Shown: piece after piece, positions 30,548 through 42,246 of the stretch
How the letters are laid out: every line of letters begins with the position of its first letter
How positions within the stretch are numbered: the first letter of the stretch is position 1
Assembly (NCBI GenBank): GCA_963738405.1
Contig: CAVTWJ010000023.1
Coordinates: forward strand, 288,001 to 352,000
Source: a candidate division FCPU426 bacterium
GTDB taxonomy: Bacteria > Oederibacteriota > Muellerivitia > Muellerivitales > Muellerivitaceae
Length of the DNA stretch: 64,000 nt
Reading direction: 5' to 3'
Made by a program: the position numbers and the translations under genes
Notes under the pieces: model-generated
The model's database searches: none
Told to the model about the DNA's origin: nothing
The model's input: the letters and a program-made list of their open reading frames with translations, nothing else

Positions 30548-32308
30548 TTATTCGTCATCTGCATCCGCATGGGCAACTCTTAAAAGTTCCTCGACAGAGG
30601 TTAAACCTTTTAAGACTTTCCTCACCCCGCATTCCCTCAAAGTTTGCATTCCGCCTGCCCGGGCGAGTTTTTTCAATTCTGAGGCGCTTTTACGCTGAAG
30701 AACTCCTTTGCGGAAATCCTCTGTGAGAATCATGACTTCATGAATGGCCATACGACCCTTGTAGCCGGTGTTGGAACAGGTGTTGCAACCCACGCCCCGG
30801 TGAAGCATGGTCGGCTCGGAGGTAGGTTGAAGTCCCAACTCTTCTAATATTTCATTGGTGGCCTCATAGGGCTGTTTACAGTCTTTACAAATGCGGCGCA
30901 AAAGTCTTTGGGCGACCACACAATGAACAGTGGAAGTTATCAAAAATGGTTCCACACCCATATTTCCCATACGGGTCACGGCGCCCGGAGCGTCATTGGT
31001 ATGGAGTGTGGAAAACACCAGGTGGCCCGTCAAGGCCGCATTAATAGCGATTTCGGCCGTTTCCTTGTCGCGGATTTCTCCTACCATGATCACATCCGGA
31101 TCCTGGCGCAAAAAGGACCTCAAACCCGCCGCGAAGGTTAATCCGATGGCGGCCTTCGCATTCACCTGGTTAATGCCGGGCAGGTTGTATTCCACCGGAT
31201 CTTCAATGGTGGAAATATTGGTATCAGGGTCGTTGATGTAATGCAGGGCGGAATAAAGCGTCGTGGATTTTCCGGAACCGGTAGGCCCCGTCACCAGTAC
31301 AAGCCCATAGGGTTCCACAATGGCTTTTTCAAATTTGGGCAGGACGTCATCCTCGAAACCCAGTTTCGGAAGATCCAAGGAGAGGTTGGAGGAATCCAAG
31401 ATACGCATGACGATCTTTTCGCCGAATTGGACGGGGCAAATTGAAACACGAAGATCGATTTCTTTTCCTAAAACCTTAATCTTAATACGGCCATCCTGTG
31501 GAAGACGTCGCTCGGCGATATCCAGGGAAGCCATAATTTTAAGGCGTGAAGAGATTGCCGCGGACAAAGACTTCGGAGGCGACTGAACCTCATGTAAAAC
31601 GCCGTCAATACGATACCGGCAGCGAAGGCTCTTTTCATAAGGTTCAATGTGAATATCACTAGCGCCCGAACGAACCGCTTCCGTTAGGACAAGATTGACC
31701 AAACGCACAACCGGGGCATCCTCCCCGGCCGCCTCCAGCTTGGAAATATCTAATTCTTCCGCTTTTTCTTCCATCACTTCCAGGTTGTTGTCACCGCCCA
31801 TGGAATTAATGATTTCCTGCATGTCCCCGCCGGCTTCCCCGCCGCCCGAGGCTCCGGCCGTTCCCCCGCCCGTTCCGTAATACTTCGCGTGCATGGCTTT
31901 GATTTCGGTTTCACTGGCGATAGCCGGCTCCACCTCGAAACCGGTCATCATTTTGATATCGTCAATGGCGAAAACATTGAGTGGATCGGCCATAGCCACG
32001 GTAAGTTTTTTGTCTTTTTTAACGATAGGAATAAGGCAGTGGTTCAAAGCGATGGATTCGGGCACGGAAAATACGACGTCATTGGGAATTTCACCAATTT
32101 CATTCAAACTGACATGGGGTATTCCTAACTGCGTACCAACAAAGGCCATAATGACGTCTTGAGTCACATAACCCTGGCTGATCAATATTTTTTCCAGCCT
32201 GCCCCCTTTGATCTTTTGCTCATGCAGGGCTTCTTGAAGCTGTTCCTCGGAAATGATTCCCTCGTCGACCAACATTTCACCGAGGCGCTTTTTCATCGAT
32301 TCAGGCAT
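30548..32308 (-). CDS. pilB: Type IV pilus extension ATPase with N-terminal MshEN-like c-di-GMP motif
   Basis: RLGEMLVDEGIISEEQLQEAL, ASDIHIEP, GPTGSGKST, LRQDPD, two CxxC. Confidence 0.96.
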   Translation of the reverse strand: MPESMKKRLGEMLVDEGIISEEQLQEALHEQKIKGGRLEKILISQGYVTQDVIMAFVGTQLGIPHVSLNEIGEIPNDVVFSVPESIALNHCLIPIVKKDKKLTVAMADPLNVFAIDDIKMMTGFEVEPAIASETEIKAMHAKYYGTGGGTAGASGGGEAGGDMQEIINSMGGDNNLEVMEEKAEELDISKLEAAGEDAPVVRLVNLVLTEAVRSGASDIHIEPYEKSLRCRYRIDGVLHEVQSPPKSLSAAISSRLKIMASLDIAERRLPQDGRIKIKVLGKEIDLRVSICPVQFGEKIVMRILDSSNLSLDLPKLGFEDDVLPKFEKAIVEPYGLVLVTGPTGSGKSTTLYSALHYINDPDTNISTIEDPVEYNLPGINQVNAKAAIGLTFAAGLRSFLRQDPDVIMVGEIRDKETAEIAINAALTGHLVFSTLHTNDAPGAVTRMGNMGVEPFLITSTVHCVVAQRLLRRICKDCKQPYEATNEILEELGLQPTSEPTMLHRGVGCNTCSNTGYKGRMAIHEVMILTEDFRKGVLQRKSASELKKLARAGGMQTLRECGVRKVLKGLTSVEELLRVAHADADDE

Positions 32309-32363
32309 AGAAAACCTCGGAAATGAGAGAGTGCGGGAAGGCCCATATAATCGTCACAAGGAA

Positions 32364-32392
32364 AGTATAAATTCGAAAAAAAGTGAAGTCAA
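32364..32392 (-). promoter_or_regulatory. Putative sigma70 promoter for pilBTC
   Basis: Minus strand TTGACT-N17-TATACT. Confidence 0.7.
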
Positions 32393-32405
32393 CGATGGCG
32401 CCCGG

Positions 32406-33281
32406 TCACTTGCTAGGAGCCAAGTGCTGGAGCAAAGCCCTTTGCATATGAAACAGAGGAGCGCTTAGCCCGCTCCAAAGCTCAAACGAAAGCGCTCCTT
32501 GATGAAGCAACATACCCAAGCCATTTCGAGGGGATAGCTTGATACGCCTTGCTTCCTTCAAGAACTCCGTCTCCCGATGATAGATTAAATCGACGGCCAA
32601 GGTTCCAGGCCGAGCCCCTTTGAGGGAAAGAGGGGAGGAATCACCTCTTTTGAGCCCCAAAGAAGTGGCCTGGACAATCCAATCACAATCCGGGAGGAGC
32701 TTTTCTCCCTCCTTCAAACTGAGAATCCCAGTTTGAAGCCGTGGAAACCCTTTGCGCAAATCACGAAGCAGGTCCCCGGCCTTTCGAGCATTTCGGTTTG
32801 AAATCATCAAATTCTTGACACCCGAACCCGCCAAAGCCTTTCCTACCGCCCGGGCGGCTCCGCCTGCTCCAATGATCATCCCGCGGCTTCCCCTTAACTT
32901 CTTGCGCCAGCCTCCCAAAGATCTTAAAAACCCCTCACCATCGGTGGAGGCTCCGTGAAGCCGCCCCTGCTTCTTATAAACCGTATTGACCGAGTTCACC
33001 CCTAGGGCGGAGCGGTCCAACCTATCGAGATGAGGCAGCATTAGACTTTTCAAGGGCACTGTCACATTCGCGCCCTTCACATTTTCACAGCGAAGGGTTT
33101 CAACAACTTTGGGGAGGCGGGATGGATCAACCTCCAAGGGAACATAAACCCAAGGCAGGTTCCTTGCGCGAAAGGCCGCATTCTGAAAAATCGGCGAAAG
33201 CGAATGCTCCACCGGGTGTCCGAGGATCAAAACCAGCTGGGTTGATCCGGTAAGGGATAGATTCGAATTTTTCGATTTCAG
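32406..33281 (-). CDS. aroE: Shikimate dehydrogenase (probable CTG start at 33281; ORF track starts at TTG 33230)
   Basis: LGHPVEHSLSP, GANVTVPLK, SVNT, TDGEG, GAGGAARA, GLGMLLHQG. Confidence 0.93.
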   Translation of the reverse strand: MKSKNSNLSLTGSTQLVLILGHPVEHSLSPIFQNAAFRARNLPWVYVPLEVDPSRLPKVVETLRCENVKGANVTVPLKSLMLPHLDRLDRSALGVNSVNTVYKKQGRLHGASTDGEGFLRSLGGWRKKLRGSRGMIIGAGGAARAVGKALAGSGVKNLMISNRNARKAGDLLRDLRKGFPRLQTGILSLKEGEKLLPDCDWIVQATSLGLKRGDSSPLSLKGARPGTLAVDLIYHRETEFLKEARRIKLSPRNGLGMLLHQGALSFELWSGLSAPLFHMQRALLQHLAPSK

Positions 33282-34048
33282 CCGAGACTCCTTGTTTGGA
33301 AAATCCGTTCTCCCAGCTCGTACTGAATCATGGCTGTCGCAACCAGCCCAGCGGTTTCCGTTCGAAGAATCGGGGTTGGCAGATGCACGGGAAAGGCCCC
33401 TCGATCCCGGGCTTCTTGAACCTCTTCGGGGGCCCAGCCTCCTTCAGGTCCCACCAAGGTCAAAACCTTTTTGGCTGTCGGATGGGATTCTAACACCGTT
33501 CGAAGGGTGGGAGCTTCCTTTTCATAAGGCATCAACACCAGATCAAAAGTTTGAAAAAGGTCCAGGGTCTGGCGCCAATCGCGAATGGAATCCAATACCG
33601 GAACATCATTTCTTCCGCTTTGGCGGCAGGCTTCCACCACTATTTTTAACCACCTGTCCCGCTTGTGCTCAAATTGGGATGCCTCAGGTCTGGAAACGCT
33701 TCTTTGTGTCAACAAGGGGATAAACTGCTGAATCCCCAGTTCCGTCCCCTGCCGGAGAATCAAATCAAACTTAGCGGCCTTAGGCAAACTTTGTCCCAAG
33801 GCGATCTTCCACTGAGCGGTCCCCTTATTTTTTATCGCCGTCGACGTTTGCTTCACCCATGCAATCCGGTTTTCCACCTTAAAAATTTTCAACTGAAATA
33901 CGGTTTGTTCGGTGTCAAACCCAATTAAAGGAGCGCCCAGGTCCAATCTTAATACTTGGGAAAGATAACGAGAGGTAGGCTCGTCTAAAGCCATTTCTTC
34001 GGCTTTTCCGAACCCTTCGGGCAAAAATACCCTAGGAATGAAACTCAT
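33278..34048 (-). CDS. rsmE: 16S rRNA m3U1498 methyltransferase
   Basis: [29 protein letters not shown]. Confidence 0.94.
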   Translation of the reverse strand: MSFIPRVFLPEGFGKAEEMALDEPTSRYLSQVLRLDLGAPLIGFDTEQTVFQLKIFKVENRIAWVKQTSTAIKNKGTAQWKIALGQSLPKAAKFDLILRQGTELGIQQFIPLLTQRSVSRPEASQFEHKRDRWLKIVVEACRQSGRNDVPVLDSIRDWRQTLDLFQTFDLVLMPYEKEAPTLRTVLESHPTAKKVLTLVGPEGGWAPEEVQEARDRGAFPVHLPTPILRTETAGLVATAMIQYELGERIFQTRSLG

Positions 34049-35208
34049 TTCTTTCGGGAAAAAAGGTTCTTCATTTTGGCCAGAAATTTGGCCATTTGAG
34101 GAGTGTTGCTTTCGGTCGTGGCCGCATTGAAATCCTCAAGAATTTTCTTTTGTTTGGGGCTTAAGTCGGTGGGTGTTTCAACCGTAATTACAACCATCAG
34201 GTCTCCCACTTCACTGGTGTTGGGAGTCCGGAGGCCCTTTTCCCGAAGCCGGAAAATCTTTCCCGATTGGGTTCCTGCGGGCACCTTCATGTTGACCGGT
34301 TCTTCCAAGGTAGGTACTTCAATTTCGGCACCCAAGGCCGCTTGGACAAAGCTGATCGGAATGGTGCAATGTAAATCCGAGCCGTCTCTTTCGAAAAATT
34401 CATGGTCTTGAACATGAAGAAAGATATAGAGATCGCCCGAGGGACCCCCATTGAGTCCAGCTTCCCCCTCGCCTTTGAGCCTCAGTCGGGAACCTTCGTC
34501 CACGCCGGCAGGTACCTTCACCGAAACGGTTCTTTCTTTTTCAACCCTTCCCTGTCCATGACATGTGGGACAGGGGCTTCCAGGCATTTCTCCCTGACCC
34601 CCGCAACGAGGGCAGGTCCGGGCAATGGTAAAAAACCCCTGCGACTGTCTTACCTGCCCCACCCCTTTACATTGGGAACATACCACCCGGCCCGAACCTG
34701 CCTTAGCACCGGACCCATGGCAAGTCTCGCACGTGGCCAGTTTTCGAATTCTGACTTCTTTGGAAATTCCAAATGCCGCTTCCTCGAAAGTAAGGGTTAA
34801 GTCGTGGCGAAGATCGTCCCCTTCCTGAGCTTGGGTTCTCGGCCTTCCCCCCCGCCCTTCGGCTCCAAAGAAATTAGAAAAAACATCGCCGAAAATGTCC
34901 TCAAAATCGGCGGCGCCGTTAAAATCTTGGGGCCGGAACCCACCGCCCCCATATCCCCCTCCCGTTGAGGACCCGCCCATACCGACCCCGGCATGGCCAA
35001 ACTGATCATAGGCAGCCTTTTTCTGGGGGTCCGAGAGAACCTCATAAGCCTCGTTGATCTCTTTAAACTTCTCTTCCGCATCTTTGTTATTTGGATTGGC
35101 GTCGGGGTGGTATTTCTTGGCCATAGTCCGATAGGCCTTCTTCAAATCATCGGCGCCAGCGCCTTTGGTAACCCCCAAAAGCTCGTAATAGTCTTTTTTC
35201 GAAGCCAT
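34045..35208 (-). CDS. dnaJ: Molecular chaperone DnaJ (alternative ATG 35220)
   Basis: DYYELLG, HPD motif, G/F-rich region, four CxxCxGxG repeats. Confidence 0.97.
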   Translation of the reverse strand: MASKKDYYELLGVTKGAGADDLKKAYRTMAKKYHPDANPNNKDAEEKFKEINEAYEVLSDPQKKAAYDQFGHAGVGMGGSSTGGGYGGGGFRPQDFNGAADFEDIFGDVFSNFFGAEGRGGRPRTQAQEGDDLRHDLTLTFEEAAFGISKEVRIRKLATCETCHGSGAKAGSGRVVCSQCKGVGQVRQSQGFFTIARTCPRCGGQGEMPGSPCPTCHGQGRVEKERTVSVKVPAGVDEGSRLRLKGEGEAGLNGGPSGDLYIFLHVQDHEFFERDGSDLHCTIPISFVQAALGAEIEVPTLEEPVNMKVPAGTQSGKIFRLREKGLRTPNTSEVGDLMVVITVETPTDLSPKQKKILEDFNAATTESNTPQMAKFLAKMKNLFSRKK

Positions 35209-35220
35209 ATTTTCCTTCAT

Positions 35221-35428
35221 GGTAATTCCTAACCCCTTTTAACGTTCGCTCAATGCGCAGGGAGTAGGCACCCCCGTTCCAAGTAAATCTAGGAAGTTCG
35301 AACGCTCTCGACAAGAATCTTAAGGTCGGGTTTAGAACCAACAAGCTAGCATCTCGTCTAATGGGCGTAAAGCCGTTATTCCCTGGAAAAAAAGCGAATT
35401 TGGTCTTGCGGTCAAAAGGGCCGTTACC
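35221..35428. other. Long nested imperfect inverted repeat; candidate structured RNA
   Basis: At least six nested complementary blocks around a centre near 35318 (see findings). Confidence 0.45.
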
Positions 35429-35537
35429 CTAAACTAACCCGGCTTCGATACCCCTCTTACCCCCTCCGGGAAAGGAAGGGTGCCGGTTGGTATCAATCCT
35501 CTCCCCGATGAGAGTCCACTTAAAGAAGGAGGAAGTC

Positions 35538-35855
35538 ATGCCTTATGTCATTACCGAGAAGTGCCTAGGCGAAGTTTACGCCCAATGCGTGGACGTTTGC
35601 CCCGTGAATTGCATCCATCCGGGAGATTATAAAGGACAGCCCTTTATGATTATCAATCCCGAGGAATGTACCGAATGCACCAGCTGTTATTCGGCCTGCC
35701 CGATTGGCGCCATTGTAGAAGGTGTAGACAAGGATCCCGAGTACGGCAAGATCAACGCCGAATTGGCACCCTCGTTCAAAAACAACCCGGCCGTCCCAAC
35801 CCGCCCGGCCAACGATCCCCCGAAGCGCCCGGATGTGAACAAACTGGTCAACTAA
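35538..35855 (+). CDS. Ferredoxin (FdxA-like dicluster family)
   Basis: MPYVITEKC...QCVDVCPVNCI...ECTECTSCYSACPIGAI; AGGAGG SD before ATG 35538. Confidence 0.92.
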   Translation: MPYVITEKCLGEVYAQCVDVCPVNCIHPGDYKGQPFMIINPEECTECTSCYSACPIGAIVEGVDKDPEYGKINAELAPSFKNNPAVPTRPANDPPKRPDVNKLVN

Positions 35856-35867
35856 GCCTCAAGAAGC

Positions 35868-35904
35868 AAAAAGGCCGCTCCCTTTTGGGAAGCGGCCTTT
35901 TTTT
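35868..35904. terminator. Bidirectional intrinsic terminator between ferredoxin and thiC
   Basis: AAAAAGGCCGCT-CCCTTTTGGGA-AGCGGCCTTTTTTT. Confidence 0.85.
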
Positions 35905-35951
35905 ATTTCCTCAATTATTTTTCACTACCTTCAGACTTACAAGTTCCAAAA

Positions 35952-37832
<1,881 letters not shown>

Positions 37833-37889
37833 TCAGACTGAATTTCAAGAATAACCAGGGCGAACCGGAAAAGCAACGTAACGGCGCCT

Positions 37890-38309
37890 TTACGAGAGGG
37901 ACTCTTCAATCTGGTAGCATTCGTACCGGATTTTTTTAAAGCTTCGAAAGGCGGGATCGTTTAACAGCTTGGAAAATTCTTCCAGGGATCTCAAAGCTTC
38001 CTGGGCTCTTTTCAAATTGGCGGTCATGAGATCTCGGGGATTGGATCTATTCTTTTCGGATTTTTCCACCGTTCGGCGCCCCAAATCCTTCGCCACATCC
38101 CGGTGAAGGGTTCTAAAGGAGTGGGTCTTGAACAGCTTTTGCTCCGTCCGGCTGACCGAATGGCGGAGTTTTTTGAGCCGGTTGAGAAGAACCAAATCGT
38201 TCAGGATGAATCGGGCCGCGTCTTCAGCCACTCGAAAACCCTCCCGGGCCCGGTTACAGTTGGCGTCCAGGGCTCTCAGGACCGCTTTTTTTTCAGCCTG
38301 GGAGATCAC
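37890..38309 (-). CDS. Stand-alone ThiD2-type domain (N-terminal domain of cyanobacterial-type ThiE)
   Basis: RALDANCNRAREGFRVAED..RF; ANLKRAQEALRSLEEFSK; RYECYQIE. Confidence 0.82.
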   Translation of the reverse strand: MISQAEKKAVLRALDANCNRAREGFRVAEDAARFILNDLVLLNRLKKLRHSVSRTEQKLFKTHSFRTLHRDVAKDLGRRTVEKSEKNRSNPRDLMTANLKRAQEALRSLEEFSKLLNDPAFRSFKKIRYECYQIEESLS

Positions 38310-38333
38310 GAAGGCCCTTTCAAAAGCACCGGG

Positions 38334-39413
38334 TTATTTTTTCTTGGCCGCCGTCTTCACCGCCACGGTTGCGGGCGGCACGGAGAAGACCGGGGAGGCG
38401 ATGGTTTTCTTGCTGAACATGGGAGCAGGTTTGCCCGCCGCCTTTTTGGGTTTTCCGGCAGGTTTCACTACGGGACCCGGAGTTTTACCATCGGCCTTTT
38501 TTCCGGCGGCCATCTCCTTCTTTTTGGCGTCGGCTTTTTTATCCTCTACGGGGGCGCCCTTCTTGGCTGCGGCCTTTTCCATCCCGGGAACGGGATGTTC
38601 AGGATTCTTCGGGAACAGGGGCACCGTTACCTTGATGGATTTTCCCTTTTGAGGCGCGCTGGAGGGCCTGGGCTTACCGTCCGAATCAAGAGTCTTCTTA
38701 GGCTTGGGTGTATCTTCTTTTAAGAAGAGTTGATCCTTCAGGTAAGGCACGGACGAAATACGGTTGACCTTGGCCGAGTAATCCAAATCCTTGGCATATC
38801 CCTTTTTGATCAACTCTTTTCCATCGGGTGATTCCCGGAGCAGGTCGACAATTCGCCCCTGCCAGGGTTTGTAAAGGGCGATGGCGTCCTTGGCACTCTC
38901 GGCCAGTACGATGGGAGTGGACCCAAGGGTGCTTTGAAGGAAATCCACCAGCATTCCTGCGAAGGCCGAATCTTCCGGGTTTCCCGCGCAGACAATCACC
39001 ACGTCCCGATTGCCCCTCAGGCAGGAATCATAAACATCGTTCAAATTGACGAAAGAACCGAGTATGACGTACTTGGCCCCGGCGGGAACCCGCAAGGGGC
39101 TTTGGGTGGAAAAACAAACAAGACGGTCCTTGACCTTCTCGCGGCTGGATTCCAGCGGGGACCCTCCCAGGTGAAACCCCGGGATTTTTTCCCATTCTCT
39201 TTCGCCTGCCAAAAAGCCCTCGCCGCGTTTGAGCTTCTCGAATTGTTTCTTGGCCGATCCCGGTTCGTGGCACAAAGCCACGCCGGAGGCTCCATGATAA
39301 AGAAATATCGGAATGGTCGTAGTGGCTCTCAAAACATCCACTAATACCACCGTGGCGTTTTGAACCACCGAGGACTTCACGGCTTTCGCGTCAAAATAAA
39401 CGGTAATCTTCAC
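38334..39413 (-). CDS. ComB (2-phosphosulfolactate phosphatase)-like protein with Lys/Ala/Pro-rich C-terminal tail; start revised to GTG 39413
   Basis: VVLVDVLRATTTI, LAGER...GFHLGGSP.E, VIVCAG..ED..FAG. Confidence 0.75.
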   Translation of the reverse strand: MKITVYFDAKAVKSSVVQNATVVLVDVLRATTTIPIFLYHGASGVALCHEPGSAKKQFEKLKRGEGFLAGEREWEKIPGFHLGGSPLESSREKVKDRLVCFSTQSPLRVPAGAKYVILGSFVNLNDVYDSCLRGNRDVVIVCAGNPEDSAFAGMLVDFLQSTLGSTPIVLAESAKDAIALYKPWQGRIVDLLRESPDGKELIKKGYAKDLDYSAKVNRISSVPYLKDQLFLKEDTPKPKKTLDSDGKPRPSSAPQKGKSIKVTVPLFPKNPEHPVPGMEKAAAKKGAPVEDKKADAKKKEMAAGKKADGKTPGPVVKPAGKPKKAAGKPAPMFSKKTIASPVFSVPPATVAVKTAAKKK

Positions 39414-39453
39414 GGGCACTCTCCCATTTCGCTCTAGGTCCAGATCTTCGGCC

Positions 39454-40821
39454 TTACTTCTTTTCTTTTTCCTCGGTCTTTTTCTTGAGGAAATTTTCAA
39501 CGAAGCGGGTGGAGTAATTCCCCCGCTTGAAGGATTCGCTTTCCAATATGGTTTTCAAAAAACTCGTGGTGGTGTGGATGCCGTCCACCACCAGTTCATC
39601 CAAGGCCCTGATCATCCGCGTAATGGCTTCCGCACGGTTCGGGGCGTGTACGATAATCTTGGCCAGTAGCGAATCGTAATAGGGCGGCACCCGATAACCT
39701 TGGTAAAGGTGGGTATCCACCCTCACGCCAGGTCCCCCGGGTACGTGGTAGGTCGTAATGAGCCCGGGCGATGGGCGGAAACCGTCGGCCGGGTTTTCGG
39801 CGTTGATCCGACACTCGATCGCGTGGCCCCGGGGTTCCAGGATATCTTTCACAATCGAAAGGCGTTCTCCGGCGGCGACCCTGATCTGTTCCTTGATGAT
39901 ATCGACGCCCATGATGAGCTCGGTAACCGGATGCTCCACCTGGACGCGAGTGTTCATTTCCATGAAATAAAAATCGCCTTCTTTATCCATAAGAAACTCA
40001 ATAGTTCCCGCAGAGGTGTATTTGACCTGCTTTGCCAATTTAAGGGCGTATTTGCCTATTTTCTTGCGTTGTTTGGCGTTGAGAAGCGGCGAGGGAGCTT
40101 CTTCGATCAGCTTTTGGTGGGACCTCTGAATGGTGCAATCCCTCTCGCCCAAATGAACAATATGTCCGAATTCATCCCCCAATATTTGGACTTCAATGTG
40201 CCGAGGTTCCTCAATGAATTTTTCTATATAAACTTCCGGATTGCCGAAAGCCGCCTCGGCTTCGGTGCGTGCGGTTTGAAAAGCCTGAGTCAGGGAAAGA
40301 TCGGTATGGGCCACCCTCATGCCCTTGCCGCCGCCGCCGGCGGAAGCTTTGATGATGACGGGGTACTTCACTAAGCGAGCCACTTCGAGAGCCCTTTTTT
40401 CATCCTTCACCGGGCCATCGCTTCCGGGGGTGGTAGGTACGCCCGCCTTCTTGGCGGTCTCGATGGCCATGACTTTATCGCCCATCATGCGCATCACTTC
40501 GGGCTTGGGGCCGATGAACTTGATCTGGCAACTGGAACACACTTCGGCGAAGTGCGGATTCTCGGCCAGGAACCCATATCCCGGGTGGATGGCCTCGGCG
40601 TCAGTGATCTCGGCCGCGCTGATGATGGCCGGGATATTGAGATAGCTTTCTTTACTCGGTCCCCGCCCGATACAAACGCTCTCGTCCGCCAGATGCACAT
40701 GAAGAGAGTCGGCGTCGGCCTGTGAATGGACAGAGACGGTTTTGATGCCCAATTCTTTGCAGGCGCGGATGATTCGGATGGCGATTTCCCCGCGGTTAGC
40801 TATGAGAATCTTGTTGAACAT
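39454..40821 (-). CDS. accC: Acetyl-CoA carboxylase biotin carboxylase
   Basis: [54 protein letters not shown]. Confidence 0.97.
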   Translation of the reverse strand: MFNKILIANRGEIAIRIIRACKELGIKTVSVHSQADADSLHVHLADESVCIGRGPSKESYLNIPAIISAAEITDAEAIHPGYGFLAENPHFAEVCSSCQIKFIGPKPEVMRMMGDKVMAIETAKKAGVPTTPGSDGPVKDEKRALEVARLVKYPVIIKASAGGGGKGMRVAHTDLSLTQAFQTARTEAEAAFGNPEVYIEKFIEEPRHIEVQILGDEFGHIVHLGERDCTIQRSHQKLIEEAPSPLLNAKQRKKIGKYALKLAKQVKYTSAGTIEFLMDKEGDFYFMEMNTRVQVEHPVTELIMGVDIIKEQIRVAAGERLSIVKDILEPRGHAIECRINAENPADGFRPSPGLITTYHVPGGPGVRVDTHLYQGYRVPPYYDSLLAKIIVHAPNRAEAITRMIRALDELVVDGIHTTTSFLKTILESESFKRGNYSTRFVENFLKKKTEEKEKK

Positions 40822-40891
40822 GTTTTCCTTTTTCAAACAGCCGTTCAGCGGCCGCGGTTACCGCGCCGCCGGTTTTATGAGAGGCCCGTAA

Positions 40892-41443
40892 TTAACTGGG
40901 ATCGACGATCAGGAGGGGCTGGTTAAACTCGACGGCCTGGCCGTTTTGCACCAGGATCTTCACCACTTTGCCGGCCACTTCGGCCTTGACCTCGTTCATC
41001 AGCTTCATGGCCTCAATGATACAATAGACCTGGCCCACGACGATCTTGTCGCCTTCTTCCATAAAAGGCTTAGCATCAGGCGATGGTGAGCGGTAAAAGG
41101 TCCCGACCATGGGGGAAGCGAAGGTCACGGTCTTGTCGTTAGAGGTAGGTGCGGGAGAAGGCGCCGAGGAAGCGGCCGGGGCCGCCGACATGGGTGCAGC
41201 CGAAGTGGAAATCACAACGGGCGCCGCCGCGTCAAAGGGCATGCCCGGCCCCTTGCGCAGGTGAATCTTGGTTCCAGCTTGCTCGAATAAAAGTTCGTTG
41301 ATTTGGGACTCGTCCATCAGGGCGATTACCTCCTGAACGATGGCAAGTTTGGGGCTTACTTTGACCTTCTTGGGGGAAGCGGTTTGGCCTTTTTTCTTCT
41401 TCTCAGGCCTAGAACCTTCCAACTTCTCCGGATTCGTGGACAT
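40892..41443 (-). CDS. accB: Biotin carboxyl carrier protein
   Basis: Ala/Pro linker, SPMVGTFYRSP, EAMKLMNEV. Confidence 0.96.
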   Translation of the reverse strand: MSTNPEKLEGSRPEKKKKGQTASPKKVKVSPKLAIVQEVIALMDESQINELLFEQAGTKIHLRKGPGMPFDAAAPVVISTSAAPMSAAPAASSAPSPAPTSNDKTVTFASPMVGTFYRSPSPDAKPFMEEGDKIVVGQVYCIIEAMKLMNEVKAEVAGKVVKILVQNGQAVEFNQPLLIVDPS

Positions 41444-41496
41444 CGGTCTTTTCTCCTTTTCTCAAACGGCTGTGAAACTCTGCCAGTAGGGTGAGA

Positions 41497-42054
41497 CTAG
41501 ACTCGCTCCAGGTATTCCCCGGTACGGGTATCAATTTTGATCATGTCCCCTTCTTTAACAAAAAGGGGAACCTGAACCGTGGCTCCGGATTCCAGGGTGG
41601 CCGGCTTGCTGGCACCCGAAACCCGATCGCCCTTGATCCCAGGCTCGGAGGAAACGATTTTCAGATTTACGGTAATGGGAAGCTTTACGGAAATGGGCCG
41701 GTCCTTGTAAAACAACACCTCAATCGCCATTTCATCCTTCAGCCATTGGTGACCCTCCCCGACCTCTTCTTCGGTCAGTTCGAGTTGTTCGTAGGTTTCG
41801 GTATCCATAAAGACAAACTTTTCGCCTTGTTTATACAGGTATTGCATCTCTTTTTCTTCAACAGGGGGATCGGCCACCTTTTCCCAGCTGTCCAGGGTCT
41901 TGTCGGTAACGGTGCCTAACTCCACGTTCTTTAGTTTAAGCCTGACAAATCCACCGCCCTTACCGGGTTTCACGTGTTGGAAAGTAACAACCCTGAATAG
42001 AGTTCCATCAAACTCACAAAGGGCACCGGCGCGAAGCTCCATCACGGTATTCAT
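41497..42054 (-). CDS. efp: Elongation factor P
   Basis: HVKPGKGGGFVR, KPATLESG, VPLFV, DTRTGEY. Confidence 0.97.
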   Translation of the reverse strand: MNTVMELRAGALCEFDGTLFRVVTFQHVKPGKGGGFVRLKLKNVELGTVTDKTLDSWEKVADPPVEEKEMQYLYKQGEKFVFMDTETYEQLELTEEEVGEGHQWLKDEMAIEVLFYKDRPISVKLPITVNLKIVSSEPGIKGDRVSGASKPATLESGATVQVPLFVKEGDMIKIDTRTGEYLERV

Positions 42055-42161
42055 TACTGCTCCTTAAAGAGGTGGGGTTGAAAGTAACAAAAACCCTTAT
42101 TTTTGAGGGTCTGTTTGCGAAATCCCTTATTTTTCAATAGTTTTTGCCAAAAAGGAGCGTC

Positions 42162-42190
42162 ATTGTAACGGAAAGCCCCCCCAAGGTCAA
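42162..42190 (-). promoter_or_regulatory. Putative sigma70 promoter for efp-accB-accC
   Basis: Minus strand TTGACC-N17-TACAAT. Confidence 0.7.
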
Positions 42191-42246
42191 ACTTGAGGTG
42201 GTCTTTCCCTACTGAGCCATAGCAAATTAAGGCGGGATTTAAAAAA

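Noticed and set aside
35221..35400. CIRCE operator before dnaJ
   Set aside because: No TTAGCACTC-N9-GAGTGCTAA match.
40848..40869. GC-rich hairpin between accB and accC
   Set aside because: Short, single copy, with no adjacent U-tract on the coding strand; at most an mRNA stability element.
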